A DNA stretch of 64,000 bases from Azolla caroliniana (taxonomy: Eukaryota > Plantae > Polypodiophyta), in the NCBI GenBank assembly GCA_043228905.1, contig JBHGNT010000018.1, forward strand, positions 16,554,001 through 16,618,000, written 5' to 3'. Below the pieces are notes generated by a model. It was not told the origin of the DNA. It saw only the letters and a list, made by a program, of their open reading frames with translations, and made no database searches. Position 1 is the first letter of the stretch. Each line of letters starts with the position of its first letter. The translations under genes and the position numbers were made by a program. Shown in pieces: positions 59,840 through 64,000 of this stretch.

Positions 59840-61585
59840 CTAGTGTAGGTTCCATTTCATGTAAGCATGTTAGTAGACTCTTCTTTGCCCAAGTACAAGT
59901 TAGGACACCGAGTTGTCAACTTTTAGACTATCTCGAATCTCTTTGGCAAATACATTAGTTGTGGATGCATTGGTGATCTGTTGGAGTAACGAATCATCCT
60001 ACAACATACAAGTGGCAAAAAGATGCAATTGGTCGGGTTTCAACAAACAACGAGATTGTTGAGCATGAGCGACATCCCCGGGGCGAATGGAAAATTCGGC
60101 TCGACGAGAAAGAGCATCAGCCTTCCCATGTTGGCCACCAGGTTGAAATACAATCTCCAAATCATAGTCGGCGAGAAATGTCGACCAACGAGCCTGACTT
60201 TGATTCAAAGTATGAGTAGTGGAAAAATAAATTAAATTCTTATGATCAGTCATTACCTGGACATGGTGTTGTGCTCCGGCCAAATAGGGGCGCCATTCTT
60301 CAAAGGCTGCATTGATACCAACAAGCTCCTTGTCGTATATTGGATAATTGATTTCGGATCCCGTGAATTTGCGGGAGTAGTAATCCATTGGGTGCATTAT
60401 GTTGGAGTTATCGGCCTAGGATAAAATGGCACCAATGGCGAAGTCAGAGGCATCAGTTTCGACCTGGAAGGGTCATGTGGGGTTGGTATGTAGAAGCACG
60501 GGGGCAGTGGTGAATGTGTGTTTGAGAGAGTCTAACGCATTTTGTGCCGCTAAGGTCAATAGAAAGGGAGTACCTTTGCGTGTGAGGGCGATAAGAAGAT
60601 GGGCTAGAGTGGAAAACCCCTTGATGAAACGACAGTAAAAATTGGCGAAGCCAAGGAAGGATTGCACATTTTTAAGTCGAGTTGGAGTCTCCACTACCGA
60701 ATGACGGAAACCTTCTTCACATCCATCGTGATGCCAGTGGGTGAGATGATGAGGTATGGTCAAACTCACATTTCTCACTTTTGGTATAATGGCCGTGCTT
60801 CCGAATTTTTGTGAGAACTAATCGAACTTGACGAGTGTATTCCGCCATGTTTGGCGAAAAAATGAGAATATCATCCAGGTAGATGACCACAAAATGATCG
60901 AGATATTCCCGGAATATATCGTTCATCATATGTTGAAAAATAGTTGGGGCATTAGTAAGGCCGAAAGGCATTACCTTGTATTCAAAAAGCCCATATCGTG
61001 TTTGGAAGGCAGTTTTCCATTCATCACCGGGCTTGATGCGTACCAAACTGTATGCGCCACGCAAATCAACTTTGGAGAAGATACGTGCAACGCGGAGTAG
61101 GTCGAGGAGTTCAGGAATCAGAGGGAGTGGATAGCGGTTGTGCACAATGAGTTTGTTGAGACCTCGATAGTTTACACATAAGCGTAGAGAGTCATCCAAG
61201 TTCTTCTTCACGAATAATATGGGGGCCCCGGCTGGTGACTTAGAAGGTTGAATAAATCCTTTTGCGAGGTTCTCATCGAGATACACTGGAAGGGCCTTTA
61301 GCTCTGGTGTAGACAATGCATATATAAGACCAAAGGGTGGACACACACCTTCTTAAAGATTGATGGAACAATCGTAGAGTTGGTGTTCGCGCAAACAATC
61401 TGCATTATGTTTCTCAAATACATCAGAGAAGTTTTCATACTTTTCGGGAATACGTGGAGTGTGTTAGAAGTAGCTCCACAAACAATGAGTGGTTGATGAA
61501 CTAAGGGTGGTGTGGTCGAGTCAGAATCGACCATCTCTGGAGGATGTGAAACAGAATTAGGGTGAAAGCATGCGAGTGGAAACAA
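59840..61585 (-). pseudogene. Tcn1/Tf2-like chromovirus (Ty3/gypsy) pol remnant: RT and RNase H
   Basis: [94 protein letters not shown]; frameshifted. Confidence 0.9.
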
Positions 61586-61911
61586 TTAACTATGTCCTTG
61601 ACATAGCTAATTAGCTATGCAAAAAGCTACCATTGATAAATAGTCATTTTAGTAAAAAGCCATCATTAATAAATTAAGTATGCAAAAAACTACCATTGAA
61701 AATACTAGAGTGTTATAATTACATATGTAAATGAGTGCCATAAATGTGCAACATAAATTGATGTGTGCACCATAAATGTGTACCATAAATTATATATCGA
61801 ATTCCTAGGTCCATTATGCATGATCCTTTGCCACATCACGTAGGCCATCTCTAGTTGAGTATTGTGGGTTAGTTGCTACCACTGTTGCTAAACCCTATCG
61901 AGTCCACCTGC

Positions 61912-62570
61912 CGCCACTCTACATTGAGGGGCCGCTACTGTGCGTTCCAAGCATCATCAAAGTGCTGCTCAATCTGACGGGGTTCTCTTCTTTGTGACAC
62001 TCTACACTTAGGGGCCACTACTGTGCATTCCAAGCATCATCAAAGAGCTGTTCAATCTGACGGGGTTCTCTTCTCTGTGCCACACTACACTCAGGGGCCG
62101 CTACTGTGCGTTCCAAGCATCATCAAAGAGCTGTTCAATCTGACGGGGTTCTCTTCTCTGTGCCACTCTACACCCAGGGGCCGCTACTGTGCGTTCCAAG
62201 CATCATCAAAGAGCTGTTCAATCTGACGGGGTTCTCTTCTCTATGCCACTCTACACTCAGGGGCCACTACTGTGCGTTCCAAGCATCATCAAAGAGCTGT
62301 TCAATCTGACGGGGTTCTCTTCTCTTTGCCACTCTACACTCAGGGGCCGCTACTGTGCGTTCCAAGCATCATCAAAGAGCCGTTCAATCTGATGGGGTTC
62401 TCTTCTCTGTGCCACTCTACACTCAGGGGCCACTACTGTGCGTTCCAAGCATCATTGATAACTGTTCAATCTGACAGGGTTCTCTTCTTTGTGCCACTCT
62501 ACTCTCAGGTGCCTTCTATGTGCGTTCCAAGCATCATCGGTAACTGTTCAATCTGACGGGGTTCTCTCCT
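61912..62570. repeat. 83-bp tandem array, ~8 copies
   Basis: Unit GCCACTCTACACTCAGGGGCCGCTACTGTGCGTTCCAAGCATCATCAAAGAGCTGTTCAATCTGACGGGGTTCTCTTCTCTGT. Inner copies are nearly identical and the edges decay. Confidence 0.95.
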
Positions 62571-62896
62571 CCATTGCCATCATTCTATACTCAGTTGCCG
62601 CTACTGTCCAGTCCCGGATTGCTTCCACATTTCGATTTGACGGAGTTCACTCATCCAACGGCAACATTCTACACTCAGTTGTCGCCATTGGTCGGTCTTG
62701 GATCGCCTCCTCAACTGTTCGATCTAACGGAGTGAACTCTACTGTTCGGTCTTGGATTGCAATAATTTTTCTGTCTATTGATTATCTTGTGTATTGTTGT
62801 GTCTAATCTTGTGTATTGTGGAATATTTTTGTGTATTGTTGTTGCCCATAGCCATCTTAAATACTTGTTTTTTTTCTGGAAATTTAGGGTTTTAAC

Positions 62897-63646
62897 ATGT
62901 CCAGCCAAATGGAAGGGGGAGAAGGGTGTTTAGAATTACCCCTCAATGATCATAAGGATAGGGATGATGCTATCAGGACACAACAAGCCATACGAAACTA
63001 TTGGGCAGAAAAAAAAAGGAAACATCGTCAATTGTTGAAGGATACGAAAGCCACACTCAGTAAAGGTAAGGATAGTTTAGTTGAGAATGTAAGTAATGCG
63101 ACTACCATCATAGAGAGAAAGGTTGTAGACTATTTCAATGTTCAAACCAAGCACATCAGCAATGAAGAAAAGAAGGTAGTACTTTATGGAATATGTAATG
63201 ATCCATCGATAAAGGACTTAGTTGATTGTGATGGTCTTAATGCAAACATATCATCTATTTTAGTAAATAATCTTCATAATAGTTTCGTATCCATGAGCAG
63301 GTTAGAAGATGATCTTGTCTTAAAAAGGTCTAGTCTAATGATGTTACTTAATAGTGATGTTGACGATATAAACATCAGTGAGCTATCTAAGGTAATTGGT
63401 GTTAGTAGAAAAACAGTGTACAATACAATGAACCGTATAATTTCCTCGGGTGAAGGAACTAGTCTACTAAAGCTAACTACAAGATGTAAGCCAATGACAC
63501 CCATAACATTTGAAATCAAGGATGTAATCACAATGTTTTGGACTAATGAGAGTAGGGTTTCACCCAATAAAAAGGATTTATGCAGGAAACGTGTTGGAAG
63601 AAATCAATACGAGGAGCATCCCATTCATCTTCTTGATGTACCTCAG
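62897..63646 (+). CDS. Exon 1 (250 codons) of a putative DNA-transposon protein with an HTH motif; the gene probably continues beyond the window
   Basis: Basic patch EKKRKHR; HTH-like ISELSKVIGVSRKTVYN; FWTNESRVSPNKKDLCRKR...HPIHLLD block. Donor CAG|GTATTT at 63646/63647, followed by a low-complexity intron. Confidence 0.6.
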
Positions 63647-63689
63647 GTATTTACATTTATCTCAACATTTGTTTTGACTCTACACGGAA

Positions 63690-64000
63690 AGTTAATTAGC
63701 TCAGTTAGCAGAAAAGCTAATTAGCTTATCAGTTACATTTACCTCAATTAGCTACTAGGATAGCTACTACATAGGTAACTGGCTACTCTCAATAGCTACT
63801 ACCATGATAGCTAATTAGCTATTCTCAATAGCTAATTTAGGTACTACCAGATAATTAGCTGTACTGGTAGCTAGTTAGCTATCATGGTAGCTAGTTAGCT
63901 ATTTCGTTATTACTAGCTAATTAGCTACTAGGAAAGCTAATTAGCTACCATGATAGCTAATTAGCTTACTAGGACAGCTAATTAGCCACCGTGATAGCTA
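63690..64000. repeat. TAGCTA/TAGCTAATTAGCTA palindromic low-complexity repeats (also at 61585-61640)
   Basis: More than 20 TAGCT cores read directly. Confidence 0.85.

Noticed and set aside
61912-62570. 83-bp array as a CRISPR array or as repeated small ORFs
   Set aside because: The whole unit repeats with no unique spacers, there are no cas genes, and the context is eukaryotic. The 67-aa ORFs are frame-shifting by-products of the 83-bp period.

Overview
Eukaryotic land-plant nuclear DNA. The TE complement (Tcn1-type chromovirus, tRNA-Trp-primed elements with 4-bp TSDs, RTE-X-like LINEs, a Penelope-like RT relic) suggests a non-seed plant such as a fern or lycophyte; this is inference. Only two host genes are supported, and they are convergent: a two-exon 3-ketoacyl-CoA synthase (KCS3/12/19-like, + strand, 8255-10727) and a PRA1-family Rab acceptor (- strand, 13863-14411) with a probable intron-containing 5' UTR. 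The rest is transposon-derived. It includes a deleted copia (to 2371), a Penelope-like RT fragment (2795-3222), a hAT MITE carrying a solo LTR, a decayed ZNF862-like hAT transposase, three LINEs plus a LINE relic, and a ~24-kb nest (35145-59315) that can be resolved with TSDs. In that nest an old copia contains an Athila-like gypsy and a gag-only, tRNA-Trp-primed LTR element. The gag-only element holds a second copy of its own family, a solo LTR, and a copia solo LTR interrupted by a very young intact Tork/Tnt1-like copia (752-bp LTRs, 3 visible differences, GAGAC TSD). The window ends with a Tcn1-like gypsy remnant, an 83-bp tandem array and exon 1 of an HTH-containing, probably transposase, gene. 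No rRNA, tRNA or CRISPR was found. I cannot demonstrate a wholly new system. The best candidates are the gag-only Trp-primed family, the array plus HTH gene unit, and the plant Penelope-like element. All alignments and counts were done by eye.
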